Of a stretch of 64,000 bases of DNA, positions 63,290-64,000 are shown piece by piece; within the stretch, counting starts at the first letter, position 1; the number at the start of each line of letters is the position of its first letter. The notes below the pieces were generated by a model that was given only the letters and a program-made list of their open reading frames with translations, made no database searches and had not been told where the DNA came from. A program made the translations under genes and the position numbers. Origin of the DNA: Raillietiella orientalis (Eukaryota); the NCBI GenBank assembly GCA_036172245.1, contig JAYWIR010000051.1, forward strand, positions 682,001 through 746,000. Reading direction: 5' to 3'.

Positions 63290-63986
63290 TAACGTGGGCA
63301 GCATCATCCTGAAAGGAGACCCGGAGAAAGAGTCGTAGGGAGACTGCACCAGCGCCTGCAGAGAGCCCATCCAGGGAGACCTCACGAGCCCTGGGACTCC
63401 CCTGACCTTCCGGTGCAGGATGACGTTGCCCGGGAATAGGAGGTGGGTTTCCGCGGAGCTCCCGGAGGGCTCGTCCTGCGGTCCCTCACCCAGGGAGAGG
63501 AACGCAGGAGGAGGAGAGAGTAGGGAAGGAAGGAGTGCTCCAGACGGCGCGGCGCATCCGGATTCGTTCCGCGCCTCCGCTCTTGGACGAAAGCCGATCG
63601 TTCGTCGGCGCGCCATCTCCTCGCGCCAGGGTCGGCCTTGAAACCTTACGAGACACGTCGGGCAGCTCAGCGCTTGCTCTCCTTCCACGACACTTGCGTG
63701 CGCGCACGTTCACGTTTGCGTACGGTGCGTGAACGCGCGTGTACACATGTACACGGTGCGTGCGCGCACTGGTGCTTGGTGCGTACCGGTTTGATTCCGG
63801 GGAGAACCGGATGATGCAAGCGCGTCTGATCTTCGCTACCGTTAGCCCTTTGGCTTTCGCGGAGCATTCGAGAGAGCCGCTGATACGAAAAGCCGCCGTC
63901 TGCTTTCACCCGTTCCCAGAAGCAGAGCACTTGCCACCGAGGACGCACCATGGCTGCTAGGACCGTCCCTCCTCGCTAGCAGACAT
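63290..63986 (-). pseudogene. Decayed tandem duplicate of exon 1 of the 59472-55992 gene
   Basis: 63334-63492 matches 58977-59158 on the same strand (GEGPQDEPSGSSAETHLLFPGNVIL...PWMGSLQALVQSPY vs GQGPQDEPSGSSAGAYPPFLGNITL...PWLNSLQALAQSPY). Weaker similarity to the signal-peptide region near ATG 63986 (TVLAAMV../SVASAL vs LVLALLV../TVATAP) needs frameshifts. No downstream exons recognised. Confidence 0.7.
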
Positions 63987-64000
63987 CTTGACGCTGGCAG

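Overview
Eukaryotic, intron-containing, GC-rich animal genomic DNA with pervasive polypurine/polypyrimidine tracts; almost all long ORFs in the supplied track are spurious. Three intact spliced genes can be reconstructed by hand with GT-AG introns in compatible phases: (1) a 3-exon myoinhibitory peptide/allatostatin-B (W-x6-Wamide) neuropeptide precursor on the minus strand (33702-30843); (2) a 5-exon NEU1-type sialidase on the plus strand (53845-55604); (3) convergent with it, a 5-exon gene for an unrecognised 461-aa secreted protein with a Pro/Gly/Leu/Tyr-rich region and a C-terminal Cys-containing three-repeat domain (59472-55992), followed by a decayed tandem copy of its first exon (about 63290-63986). 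Also present: a frameshifted histone H2B pseudogene, the 3' fragment of an L1/Tx1-type non-LTR retrotransposon, three mutually unrelated long inverted repeats (140-230 bp arms), minisatellites and low-complexity tracts. The MIP precursor and the H2B tail suggest a protostome, probably an arthropod (inference). No rRNA, tRNA or CRISPR array was recognised. All alignments and counts are by eye.
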